Part shown: positions 55,546 to 63,272 of the stretch, piece after piece | Numbering within the stretch: the first letter of the stretch is position 1 | Layout of the letters: each line of letters begins with the position of its first letter | From: an uncultured Alphaproteobacteria bacterium | Lineage (GTDB): Bacteria; Pseudomonadota; Alphaproteobacteria; JAPOUT01; G958296285 | Assembly: GCA_958296285.1 (NCBI GenBank) | Contig: OY282459.1 | Location: 1,604,999 to 1,668,998 of the forward strand | Length of the DNA: 64,000 bases | Direction: 5' to 3' | Translations under genes and position numbers: made by a program | The notes under the pieces: generated by a model | Told to the model about the DNA's origin: nothing | The model's database searches: none | Seen by the model: only the letters and a program-made list of their open reading frames with translations

Positions 55546-56990
55546 ATCCATCCTTTATCTGTAAGACATTTGAGCAGATATTCCTGCGACTTTACGCCCT
55601 TGAGCCTGTTGCATGAACCGCATAGAAGTTGCAGGTTGCTGATGTGATCGGTTCCGCCTTTGCTTCGCGGGATGATGTGGTCTGTTTCTAGATTCTGCAT
55701 TTGGAAGTGCTGCCCGCATCCGTTGCAGTAGCCGCCTTGCTCGCCATAGAGCAGTTTTTTGTTTTCAGGACTGTTATATTTTTTCGGGATCTCGATGTCC
55801 GTGCGTTTTGGTATATCGGTGCGCCGAATACATTGATAAAACAAGCCCAGTTCATTTTTCAGGCGATCATCAACCAAGTCGGCGGCTTTGGACGAGATAT
55901 CAATGCCAATCCATTCCCGCTGTTTGTTTTCAGCGGCGATGCATGCGGTGGCGCACCCGCAGAATGGATCAAACACAATATCCCCCGAGTTGCTAGACGC
56001 CATGACAATGCGCTCCACCAGCTTCAACGGTTTCTGCGTGGGGTAATGCGTATTTTCTTTAGAAGAGGCGCTTAACGGAGGAATATCGGTCCACAGATTC
56101 GGGGGTTTTTGCCCTTGGTCAGGCGCGAGATAGCGTTTGAGGTTTGGAAAACCATCTTTCCCCGGATGATGGATTAAATCGTGTTTATCCAAGAAATCTA
56201 GCCGGTCATGCACGCCTCTTATGGCGAGGTAACCAGGGGCTAAAACCTTATCAATATATTTGGCATATTCCCCGCTTTTGGGGACAGACCAATGCCTGCC
56301 GCCATAGTTGGAAGGATTGTATCCCTTCCAGGGTCGTCCTGACTCGCCTGAACTAGTCTCCGCCCCCGTCAAGTCGCCCGTTCGATAAACACCTCGCTTG
56401 TCTTTGTGACGGTAATATTTTTTTACATATTCAGAATTAAGAGGCAGGCGGTTCGCAGGGACATCTTTGGGACTTGCCCCATAAAACAGAATAGAATCGG
56501 TTATCCTTCCGAACACCTTGTCGTTATGAGCAGATGTGCGCTGCCACGTAATCTCACCCTGAAACTTATTGCTCCCAAAAATGCAGTCCATTAAGAGTTT
56601 TAAGTAATGGCTGGCTGTGGAGTCGCAGTGCAGATAGATTGAGCCCGTTGCTTTAAGTATGCGCCGCATTTCAATAATGCGAATAACCATGTAGATCAGA
56701 TATGCCATCATGGAATCGCTGTGTCCTTCGCGCACAGCTGAAAGCAGAGAATACAGGGTTGGATTCTCATGTTTGATGATTCCATGCCAAGCGAGGCTGA
56801 TATCGTTCAACCCCCATGTGTCCTTGAATTCGGCGCCTGCAGCTTGGCTGCCAATCGGCGCGGCATAATTGGCGTTGGAATTGAAGGGGGGGTCTAGATA
56901 AATCAGGTCAACCGAGGCGCTGTTCATGCCCCGCATGATGTCAAGGTTGTCGCCCGTCCAAAGCGTGCGGTTTTTCCAATTGGGAGGCAT
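55521..56990 (-). CDS. DNA N6-adenine methyltransferase fused to a C-terminal HNH endonuclease domain
   Basis: Motif IV DLIYLDPPFNSN, motif I DIVFDPFCGCATACIAA, then C-terminal HNH CNGCGQHF...DHIIPRSKGGTDHISNLQLLCGSCNRLKG. Confidence 0.85.
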   Translation of the reverse strand: MPPNWKNRTLWTGDNLDIMRGMNSASVDLIYLDPPFNSNANYAAPIGSQAAGAEFKDTWGLNDISLAWHGIIKHENPTLYSLLSAVREGHSDSMMAYLIYMVIRIIEMRRILKATGSIYLHCDSTASHYLKLLMDCIFGSNKFQGEITWQRTSAHNDKVFGRITDSILFYGASPKDVPANRLPLNSEYVKKYYRHKDKRGVYRTGDLTGAETSSGESGRPWKGYNPSNYGGRHWSVPKSGEYAKYIDKVLAPGYLAIRGVHDRLDFLDKHDLIHHPGKDGFPNLKRYLAPDQGQKPPNLWTDIPPLSASSKENTHYPTQKPLKLVERIVMASSNSGDIVFDPFCGCATACIAAENKQREWIGIDISSKAADLVDDRLKNELGLFYQCIRRTDIPKRTDIEIPKKYNSPENKKLLYGEQGGYCNGCGQHFQMQNLETDHIIPRSKGGTDHISNLQLLCGSCNRLKGVKSQEYLLKCLTDKGWIKQREARG

Positions 56991-57104
56991 AGCCCGTTCT
57001 CTATCGGCGAATCAGCAGTGATGTTCATTTTAAAGCTAGAAAATCTTTAAAGCTAGGAAATCTTGAAATTAGAGGGAAGGCTAAAAAACAATTCTAGGCG
57101 CACG

Positions 57105-57368
57105 CGATGCAGGGGTGTCGGCGGGCTTTCTGCTTACAAGAGCTCTTGCGAACAGGGGGGTCGGCGGGCTTCTCGCGGGCTTGCGCTACGCGCTACGCCC
57201 GCTTCGTTGCGCCACGCCCGCCGACTATAGCGGGCTTCGCCCGCTTGGTTTTTCTTGGGGGGCTAGCCCCCCAAACCCCCCTTCACCTTCAGCTTCTATG
57301 CGTTAGTTCCCCTGCGGCAAAAACACATGCCTATCCATGAAAAAGATGCCTGTCGCGGCAGCGACCTC
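57105..57368. repeat. Composite REP/MITE-like element, copy R11 (TIR-C-hairpin-B-A reverse)
   Basis: CAAGAGCTCTTGCGAACAGGGGGGTCGGCGGGC...GCCACGCCCGCCGAC; GCGGGCTTCGCCCGC; CTTGGGGGGCTAGCCCCCCAA; then the reverse-complement module A, as in copy R1. Confidence 0.7.
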
Positions 57369-57790
57369 TAAGGCAAGTCAGGAGGCCTATAATTCTCGTC
57401 ATGCTTGGCGAGCAAAATCTCCGCCTCAAAAATCCCATCGCCCCGAAACCGCCCCTCCGCAATAACCCCCTGACCCTCCCGAAAAAGCGCCGGCGGCAAC
57501 CCCCCAAACCAAACCTCAACATCATGAACAAAATCCGTCAAAACAAAAACCACGCGCCCCCCATCACGCGCCACGCTGCGCGGACGAACATATCCGCCAA
57601 GCCGAATCCTCTGCCCCTCCAGAGGCGGCTCGGCAACCAGCTGCGCCGGCGTCCTGTAATAAGAAACGCCATCCTCCAACGCGGCGAGAATAAGCGCGAC
57701 CGCCCCGCCCAAAAGCGCGAGAGCAAAAACAAGACCAACAGCGCGGCGAGCGGAAGAACGCATGACGCCCATATCGCGCGAAACCCCCAT
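57368..57790 (-). CDS. ccmE: Cytochrome c maturation heme chaperone CcmE/CycJ
   Basis: N-terminal TM GLVFALALLGGAVALILAAL, OB-fold body, C-terminal heme-binding LLAKHDENYRPPDLP (His in HDENY). The true start is probably the internal Met (MRSSARRAV, ~57763). Confidence 0.85.
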   Translation of the reverse strand: MGVSRDMGVMRSSARRAVGLVFALALLGGAVALILAALEDGVSYYRTPAQLVAEPPLEGQRIRLGGYVRPRSVARDGGRVVFVLTDFVHDVEVWFGGLPPALFREGQGVIAEGRFRGDGIFEAEILLAKHDENYRPPDLP

Positions 57791-57796
57791 AAAAGT

Positions 57797-58744
57797 CTAG
57801 AGATTCATTTCAGCGCGAGTCGCAGGCCCCACAATCCCATCGGCGATAAGCCCGCGCTCCCTCTGAAAAAGAAGAACGGCGTCTCGGAGAGTCTCGTCAA
57901 AGACATCCCTTTTCGCGCCCGCCCCCCTCACGCCGGCGCGGAGAAGAGCGTCAGCGACAAGCGCGACCGCTTCGCCTTTGATAGGAGGCGCGGTCAGGCG
58001 GAGAAGCGGCGGCGCGTCATCAGCATGGACGGGAACAGGAGGTCTCGCCGCGAGAACATGCTTGTCAATGCGCTGTCCTCTGAGGATGATCGGCAGTTCC
58101 AGCGCCCAATCGCCGTTCTCCGCCATGCGATGAAAAGCGCGCATCCGATAGGCGGTGTAGCGCAAAATGCGATTGGAATGATCGGCGAGCCATCTGCGCC
58201 TCTCGGCGATATAGGCGCCGATCCACGGTCTCGCGCCGATCATCTCGGGCGCGCCGTGTTTTTCGGAGACGGCGCGGGCGATTCTCCGCCAAGATCCATG
58301 AATAAAACTGTCATAGATGACGGCGTAAGCGAGAGGGTCTTTCATGCCGAGTTTGAGGGCGGCGCGACATGCGGGCTGCCAATAGAGCCGATCCAGCAAT
58401 CCGTCTTGGCAGAGATGCATGACGGGATCGCCTCCCGCGGCTCTGAGCAGATTGCGGAAGGCGGGATCGTCATTGAGGGCGCTGTCGGATTTTTCCAAGA
58501 AGGGGAGATAGGTTGTCAGTTTTTTCGCGCAAAGAGCGTCTTCTTGGCTTGCATAGTTTCGGATGAGGAGATAGAGCGAGCCTGAGGTTAGAGAAAATTG
58601 GGCGCGTCCGAAACTGATTCCGCCGCGATCGCCGGCGGCGACAGTGACTTGAGCGTAATCGGGACGCGCTTTGCCCGTTTCAAAGATATTGACGATGGCT
58701 TGGATCGCGCGTTTTTGGATCGTGTTGGGCGTGGGGTTTTTCAT
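57797..58744 (-). CDS. Glycoside hydrolase family 46 (chitosanase)-like domain fused to a C-terminal peptidoglycan-binding domain
   Basis: N-terminal ..ARPDYAQVTVAAGDRGGISFGRAQFSLTSGSLYLLI..KKLTTYLPFLEKS resembles the GH46 DGRGYTxGxAGFTTxTGD...YLPxL core. C-terminal ALLRAGVRG..FDETLRDAVLLFQRERGLIADGIVGPATRAEM is a PG_binding_1-type domain. Confidence 0.55.
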   Translation of the reverse strand: MKNPTPNTIQKRAIQAIVNIFETGKARPDYAQVTVAAGDRGGISFGRAQFSLTSGSLYLLIRNYASQEDALCAKKLTTYLPFLEKSDSALNDDPAFRNLLRAAGGDPVMHLCQDGLLDRLYWQPACRAALKLGMKDPLAYAVIYDSFIHGSWRRIARAVSEKHGAPEMIGARPWIGAYIAERRRWLADHSNRILRYTAYRMRAFHRMAENGDWALELPIILRGQRIDKHVLAARPPVPVHADDAPPLLRLTAPPIKGEAVALVADALLRAGVRGAGAKRDVFDETLRDAVLLFQRERGLIADGIVGPATRAEMNL

Positions 58745-58792
58745 TATGCAAAGATAGTCTGATGGATAGAGGGGCGAATAAGTTTTCTGTTT

Positions 58793-59470
58793 TTATTTTT
58801 GGTTTTCCCCCTGCCTTTTGATTTGGCGGATAGTTTGAGAGAGTTCTCGTCTTTGGGGCGAGTCTTTTGGGAATTGGTTGAGGAGTTTTTGCCAGAGTTT
58901 TTGGGCTTTGTCGTGGCGCTGTTCCTGATGGGCGGCGAGGGCGAGGAACCATAGGGCGCGGAGATTTTTGGGATTTTTTTCTTGGGCGCGTTCTAGGAGG
59001 TTTCGGGCTTCTTGGGTGATGGTTCCGTCGGCGCGTTCTGTGATGGCTTCGGCGAGGGCGGAGAGGATAGGCGCGGTTTCTTTTATGGCTGCGGCTCTTC
59101 GGAAAGCGTATTCGGCTTGGGCGTATTGTTCTTGCTGCAATCGGATAAGTCCGAGGATTTCCCATCCTTTTTGGTCTCGGGGTTTTTTGGCGAGTTGGTT
59201 TTCTATTCGGGCGGCGAGGGCGTTAGGGGGGAGATTTTGCGGTTTGCCTTTGATGCGCTCGGCGAGGGGTTGGTCGGGCAGATGGGGCGATCCGACCGCG
59301 AGATAGATTGCGATGGCGGCGATTGGGGTAAAGACGGCGATTGCGAGGATTGCGTGGGTGAAGGCGTTTGTTTTTTTGGCGTTGCGGAAGGCGAAGCCGA
59401 GCGCCGCGGCGGTGATAACAGCGAAGATTGCGAAGAGAAGGAAGAGGTTCATTTGGGCGGATATTTTCAT
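58793..59470 (-). CDS. ccmI: Cytochrome c-type biogenesis protein CcmI/CycH (TM + TPR)
   Basis: Two N-terminal TM helices (LFLLFAIFAVITAAALGFAF; ILAIAVFTPIAAIAIYLAV), then TPR-like helical repeats. Confidence 0.7.
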   Translation of the reverse strand: MKISAQMNLFLLFAIFAVITAAALGFAFRNAKKTNAFTHAILAIAVFTPIAAIAIYLAVGSPHLPDQPLAERIKGKPQNLPPNALAARIENQLAKKPRDQKGWEILGLIRLQQEQYAQAEYAFRRAAAIKETAPILSALAEAITERADGTITQEARNLLERAQEKNPKNLRALWFLALAAHQEQRHDKAQKLWQKLLNQFPKDSPQRRELSQTIRQIKRQGENQK

Positions 59471-59658
59471 TGATTCGGATTGTCCAGCGTTGAGGATAGT
59501 CTTTATGGGGTTTGTTTTGGAAGGGTCTCATTGCGGGGCGCTTTTAGGGGAGCGGATGAGATTGGACGCTTCCGCGCCCAGCCCGTCATTTGAATCTATA
59601 CTATGAGGTCAGACGCTTGATTCGTTCATCGTCCGAGTTTCAAAGTTTGGAAAGCGCC

Positions 59659-60897
59659 ATGGCTGAAAAGAAGCGGCAGATTCCCCATCAGACGATTTTT
59701 ACTGGTGATAATCTGGACATCATGCGCGGCATGGATAGCGAGAGCATTGATCTCATCTATCTTGATCCGCCCTTTAATTCCAACCGCCATTATAAAGCGC
59801 CGATTGGCTCAAAGGCGGCGGGGGCTCAGTTCAAAGACGCATGGACGTTTGAGGACACGAAAGCCGCCTGGTGGGGTCTGATCGCCGATGAGCAGCCCGC
59901 GCTTTACAAGCTCATTGACACGGTGGGCGAGATCGGCAATGAGGGCGACAAAGCCTATCTCATTTACATGGCGATGCGCCTTTTGGAAATGCGCCGCATT
60001 CTGAAAGAGACGGGCAGCATTTATCTTCATTGCGATCCCACTATGAGTCATAGCCTCAAAATGGCTATGGATGCGCTGTTCGGACGCAAGAATTTCAGAA
60101 ACGAGATCGCTTGGTGCTATACGGGGCCCGGCAAAACCAAGAGCTGGTTCCCTCGCAAGCACGACATTATTCTGTTTTACGGCGCAAGCGACGGGGCCGC
60201 GTTTCGGTCGGATTCGGTGAGAGTGCCGTATAAGCAGCTCAACATACAGCACAGAGAGCGGCAAGAAACGGGCATAGGGGGAAAGCTTACGTCAGGCAAT
60301 ATCGATCTATACAAAGAACGAGGCAAAATCCCGGAGGATTGGTGGTCAGACATATCACCTGTCGGCAGGATAAAGAAGGAGCGCACAGGCTATCCCACGC
60401 AGAAGCCTTTGGCGCTGTTGCGGCGCATTATCCTTGCCTCCAGCCATGCCGGGGACATGGTGCTAGACCCATTTTGCGGCTGCGCGACTGCCTGCATCGC
60501 GGCGGAGGAATTGTCCCGCCAATGGATAGGAATTGATCTCTCGCCCTTGGCGGCGAAACTCGTTAAACAGCGCATGAAAAACGAGCTTGACCTCCTTACC
60601 TATAAAGATCTCATGCATAGGCATGACATTCCGCGGCGAAGCGATCAGATCACGAAGCCGTCTAGGAACATCAACCACATTCTTTTTGGCGAGCAGGAGG
60701 GCAGATGCAATGGCTGCCGCCATTCTTTTCCGTTCCAGAATTTCACCCGCGATCATATTATTCCCACCGACAAGGGCGGCGCGGACACGGACGACAATCT
60801 GCAGCTTCTGTGCGCGCGCTGCAATTCCATCAAGGGCAGTCGCCCGATGGAATATCTGATCGCTCAGCTGAAAAAAGACGGCACGATAGCAAGATGA
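59659..60897 (+). CDS. DNA N6-adenine methyltransferase-HNH endonuclease fusion, paralog of 55521-56990
   Basis: DLIYLDPPFNSN, DMVLDPFCGCATACIAA, C-terminal CNGCRHSF...DHIIPTDKGGADTDDNLQLLCARCNSIKG. Same domain order and many identical blocks as the 55521 gene. Start placed at MAEKKRQIPHQ; the tracked start is 59590. Confidence 0.85.
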   Translation: MAEKKRQIPHQTIFTGDNLDIMRGMDSESIDLIYLDPPFNSNRHYKAPIGSKAAGAQFKDAWTFEDTKAAWWGLIADEQPALYKLIDTVGEIGNEGDKAYLIYMAMRLLEMRRILKETGSIYLHCDPTMSHSLKMAMDALFGRKNFRNEIAWCYTGPGKTKSWFPRKHDIILFYGASDGAAFRSDSVRVPYKQLNIQHRERQETGIGGKLTSGNIDLYKERGKIPEDWWSDISPVGRIKKERTGYPTQKPLALLRRIILASSHAGDMVLDPFCGCATACIAAEELSRQWIGIDLSPLAAKLVKQRMKNELDLLTYKDLMHRHDIPRRSDQITKPSRNINHILFGEQEGRCNGCRHSFPFQNFTRDHIIPTDKGGADTDDNLQLLCARCNSIKGSRPMEYLIAQLKKDGTIAR

Positions 60898-61406
60898 GAG
60901 AGATTTCGCGGGGTAAAGGTGATATAATTATCGGCGCGTTTTTGGTTTTTTGGGGGGCGAGTCTGATGGGCTATATTGACGAAACTTTGGGGAGCGATGA
61001 GAAGATTCTTCACCCTGTGGAGTTTCATTGGACGCACATGTTCGTAGCATACTGCTATCTGCTCATAGCGGTTGCATCTCTACTTATGCTGTCTGTCTCT
61101 CCTTTTGCATTGATTTTCTTTGTCAGCGGAATCCTCCTTTTTATCTATCGGACGATCCAATACTATTCCACGGAGAGAGCTTTGACGAACCGGCGCGTCA
61201 TTCAGAAGAAAGGTTTTATAGCGCGGAAGGTAGAGAACATTTCGTTGCAGAAGATTGAGGAGGCGAATTTATCGCAGTCAATCCAGGGAAGGCTCCTTGG
61301 TTATGGCACTGTGCGTCTTTCGGGGACAGGCATAGGTAAGATCGTTCTTAAAGACATTGACGATCCTCTAAAGTTCATGAAGTCTCTGAATGACGCGCGG
61401 CTGTGA
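60894..61406 (+). CDS. Bacterial PH-domain (bPH_2/DUF304-like) membrane protein
   Basis: ATGA overlap with the methyltransferase-HNH stop. Two TM helices (IIIGAFLVFWGASLMGY; FALIFFVSGILLFIY), then RRVIQKKGFIARKVENISLQKIEEANLSQSIQGRLLGYGTVRL is the YdbS/YdbT-type bPH fold. Confidence 0.55.
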   Translation: MREISRGKGDIIIGAFLVFWGASLMGYIDETLGSDEKILHPVEFHWTHMFVAYCYLLIAVASLLMLSVSPFALIFFVSGILLFIYRTIQYYSTERALTNRRVIQKKGFIARKVENISLQKIEEANLSQSIQGRLLGYGTVRLSGTGIGKIVLKDIDDPLKFMKSLNDARL

Positions 61407-61993
61407 GATTGAAGAAAGAGCGCGCTATGCGGGAAATGATTCATTCTTTCTGCGAAAGAATCAAAGAAGACGAAATAGAGATATACAATGAGTTCAGTCT
61501 TCAACATGAACTTGGCATTTTTCTGAGGCGCTCTCTTCCCAAACTTCTTGTTCAATTTGAGCGTAACGTTTCATATTTTGGATTCTCAAAAGGGAATTTT
61601 AAGAAAAAGGAAATGGACATCTCTATTTTTGACAGAAAAAGCGCCTCCCCCGATTTGCATTGCGCGATAGAGTTGAAATTTCCTAGAAATGGTCAATATC
61701 CAGAGCAAATGTATAGTTTCTGCAAAGACATCGTTTTTCTTGAGCAACTGAGAAAAGCAGGCTTTCAGAAAGCATGTCTCGTCATATTCGCTGATGACTA
61801 TGGCTTTTATGAAGGTCAGGGAGAAGGCATATATGGATATTTCAGAAAAGGCGTTCCTCTTCATGGAACAATAGAGAAGCCCACCGGTTCAAAGAGCCAT
61901 GAGGTGCATATCAGCGGAACCTACGAGGTAAAGTGGAATCAAGTCAAAAATTCTCTTTTCTACTCCGTGATAGAAACAGATGTTGCGCGCTAG
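61403..61993 (+). CDS. Hypothetical protein, possible PD-(D/E)xK nuclease fold
   Basis: ATGA overlap with the upstream gene. ..DISIFDRKSASPDLHCAIELKFP.. gives D-(x)n-E-x-K spacing. AT-richer. Confidence 0.35.
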   Translation: MRLKKERAMREMIHSFCERIKEDEIEIYNEFSLQHELGIFLRRSLPKLLVQFERNVSYFGFSKGNFKKKEMDISIFDRKSASPDLHCAIELKFPRNGQYPEQMYSFCKDIVFLEQLRKAGFQKACLVIFADDYGFYEGQGEGIYGYFRKGVPLHGTIEKPTGSKSHEVHISGTYEVKWNQVKNSLFYSVIETDVAR

Positions 61994-61996
61994 AGA

Positions 61997-62584
61997 TCAA
62001 GCCGCCAGCTGTTTTTGGAGTTCGGCGTCTCCGCCGGTGTATTTTCCGTTGAGCCAGATTTGTGGGACGGTGATGGGCGTTTTTGGCCCCACGATAGGTT
62101 TGACGCGGGCGAGCATCTCATAGAGGGCGCGCGGGCTTCGGACGACATCATGATAGTCGTATTTGACGCCGGCTTTTTGGAGGCGTTTTTTGGCATTTTG
62201 GCAATGGGGGCAGCTTTCTTTGCCGAAGAGGTGATTGCCTGACAGTTTGGATCGCGGCGCATAGGCGTCAATGACGGCTTGTGTCAAGACTCCGCGATTG
62301 AGAGCCTCGCCTTGGCTGACGAGTTGGTTTTCCACCAAGACGATTGGGGCATGCCATCCGCCTCGGATGAGAGGCTTCCACCATTCGGTGAGCCATTCGC
62401 GCATATTCACTTTGACGGGGATTCCTTGGAGTTCGTTTTCGGCGGCGTCTTTGATGACGTCTGCTGTGAGGGCGCATTCTCCGCAAGGGATTTTGACTTG
62501 GAATGGTCCCCACGCGCCTGCCCATTTAAAGACGGTGATCTGCACGGGTTTTGGGGTCTTTTTGGCGGTCATGGTTTTGACCAT
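61997..62584 (-). CDS. Tandem thioredoxin-fold protein: N-terminal CGEC domain + C-terminal glutaredoxin (CPHC) domain
   Basis: IPCGECALTADV and GKESCPHCQNAKKRLQKAGVKYDYHDV...TVPQIWLNGKYTGGDAEL (the classic Grx TVPxIFIxGxxIGG segment). Confidence 0.6.
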   Translation of the reverse strand: MVKTMTAKKTPKPVQITVFKWAGAWGPFQVKIPCGECALTADVIKDAAENELQGIPVKVNMREWLTEWWKPLIRGGWHAPIVLVENQLVSQGEALNRGVLTQAVIDAYAPRSKLSGNHLFGKESCPHCQNAKKRLQKAGVKYDYHDVVRSPRALYEMLARVKPIVGPKTPITVPQIWLNGKYTGGDAELQKQLAA

Positions 62585-62587
62585 GCC

Positions 62588-62812
62588 CTATAGGACATCT
62601 TTCGGCAAGCCGAACTTCTGTCGTATCTTGGGAATATTTCCTTTCGCGACTACCCTATTTTCGCCATGATACCCGATGACACAAAAGATAGAACGCTTTT
62701 TATGGCGAACAGCCCTTTCGCTGCCTCTTCCTCGTTTGGGATCAAGATAGAACCCCTTATCAAATTTCTGTAAAGCTTTCATCAAACTCCGAACAGTGTA
62801 AACTTTAGCCAT
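62588..62812 (-). CDS. hicA: HicA-family toxin (mRNA interferase, YcfA-like)
   Basis: KALQKFDKGFYLDPKRGRGSERAVRHKKRSIFCVIGYHGENRVVAKGNIPKIRQKFGL follows the HicA G-x-R-x-G-S-H ... H-x-G ... I-x-K-Q-x-GL pattern. Start placed at the internal Met. Confidence 0.55.
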   Translation of the reverse strand: MAKVYTVRSLMKALQKFDKGFYLDPKRGRGSERAVRHKKRSIFCVIGYHGENRVVAKGNIPKIRQKFGLPKDVL

Positions 62813-63257
62813 GCGCCCGCCGCGATGTTTTTTCTGCCAAATGGCGAGGCATCCGTATCGGAAGCACGGCATAGATTCGGCGCGCGCCTTCTTTGGGAGG
62901 AGAGAAGAAGGCGCCCTTTTGCGCGATCATAAATTTTTTCCAATAGACAATAGGCGCTCTAGAAAAACAGAGGCGATCGGGATTGTTTTCAGATTGCGCG
63001 AACTCTATCTGCGCGATGACGCAGCCATGCAATTTTTCCAAGGCGGCTTCAAAAGTTTTTCCGGAGCCTCGGAGATCCATTTCAAGAGCGGTGGCTTCCC
63101 ACTCGCCATCATCTTTCCGCTCGCCGAGAACGCTGACCGCCGGCCCATAGATAGGCTGCGGCATGTCATTGGGCAAGGCTTCTAATTTTTTGGGGACTGC
63201 GGCAGTTTTGTTTCCTTTGGACATGGTTGTCTCCGTGGTATCTCGGTTCTTTATCAA
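62805..63257 (-). CDS. hicB: HicB-family antitoxin-like protein
   Basis: ..PIYGPAVSVLGERKDDGEWEATALEMDLRGSGKTFEAALEKLHGCVIAQIEF resembles the HicB N-terminal RNase-H-like domain (DLPGC..G.T.EEA). Sits upstream of hicA, which is the reversed order. Confidence 0.5.
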   Translation of the reverse strand: MIKNRDTTETTMSKGNKTAAVPKKLEALPNDMPQPIYGPAVSVLGERKDDGEWEATALEMDLRGSGKTFEAALEKLHGCVIAQIEFAQSENNPDRLCFSRAPIVYWKKFMIAQKGAFFSPPKEGARRIYAVLPIRMPRHLAEKTSRRAHG

Positions 63258-63272
63258 GCCGTCATGGATATT

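Noticed and set aside
24599-57368. Possibility that the recurring GGGGGGCTAGCCCCCC / GTCGGCGGGC...GCCCGCCGAC units are a CRISPR array
   Set aside because: Copies are 1.5-15 kb apart and separated by genes, not by 25-40-bp spacers. Units are mosaic and in both orientations. No cas genes are present. They are better described as REP/MITE-like elements.
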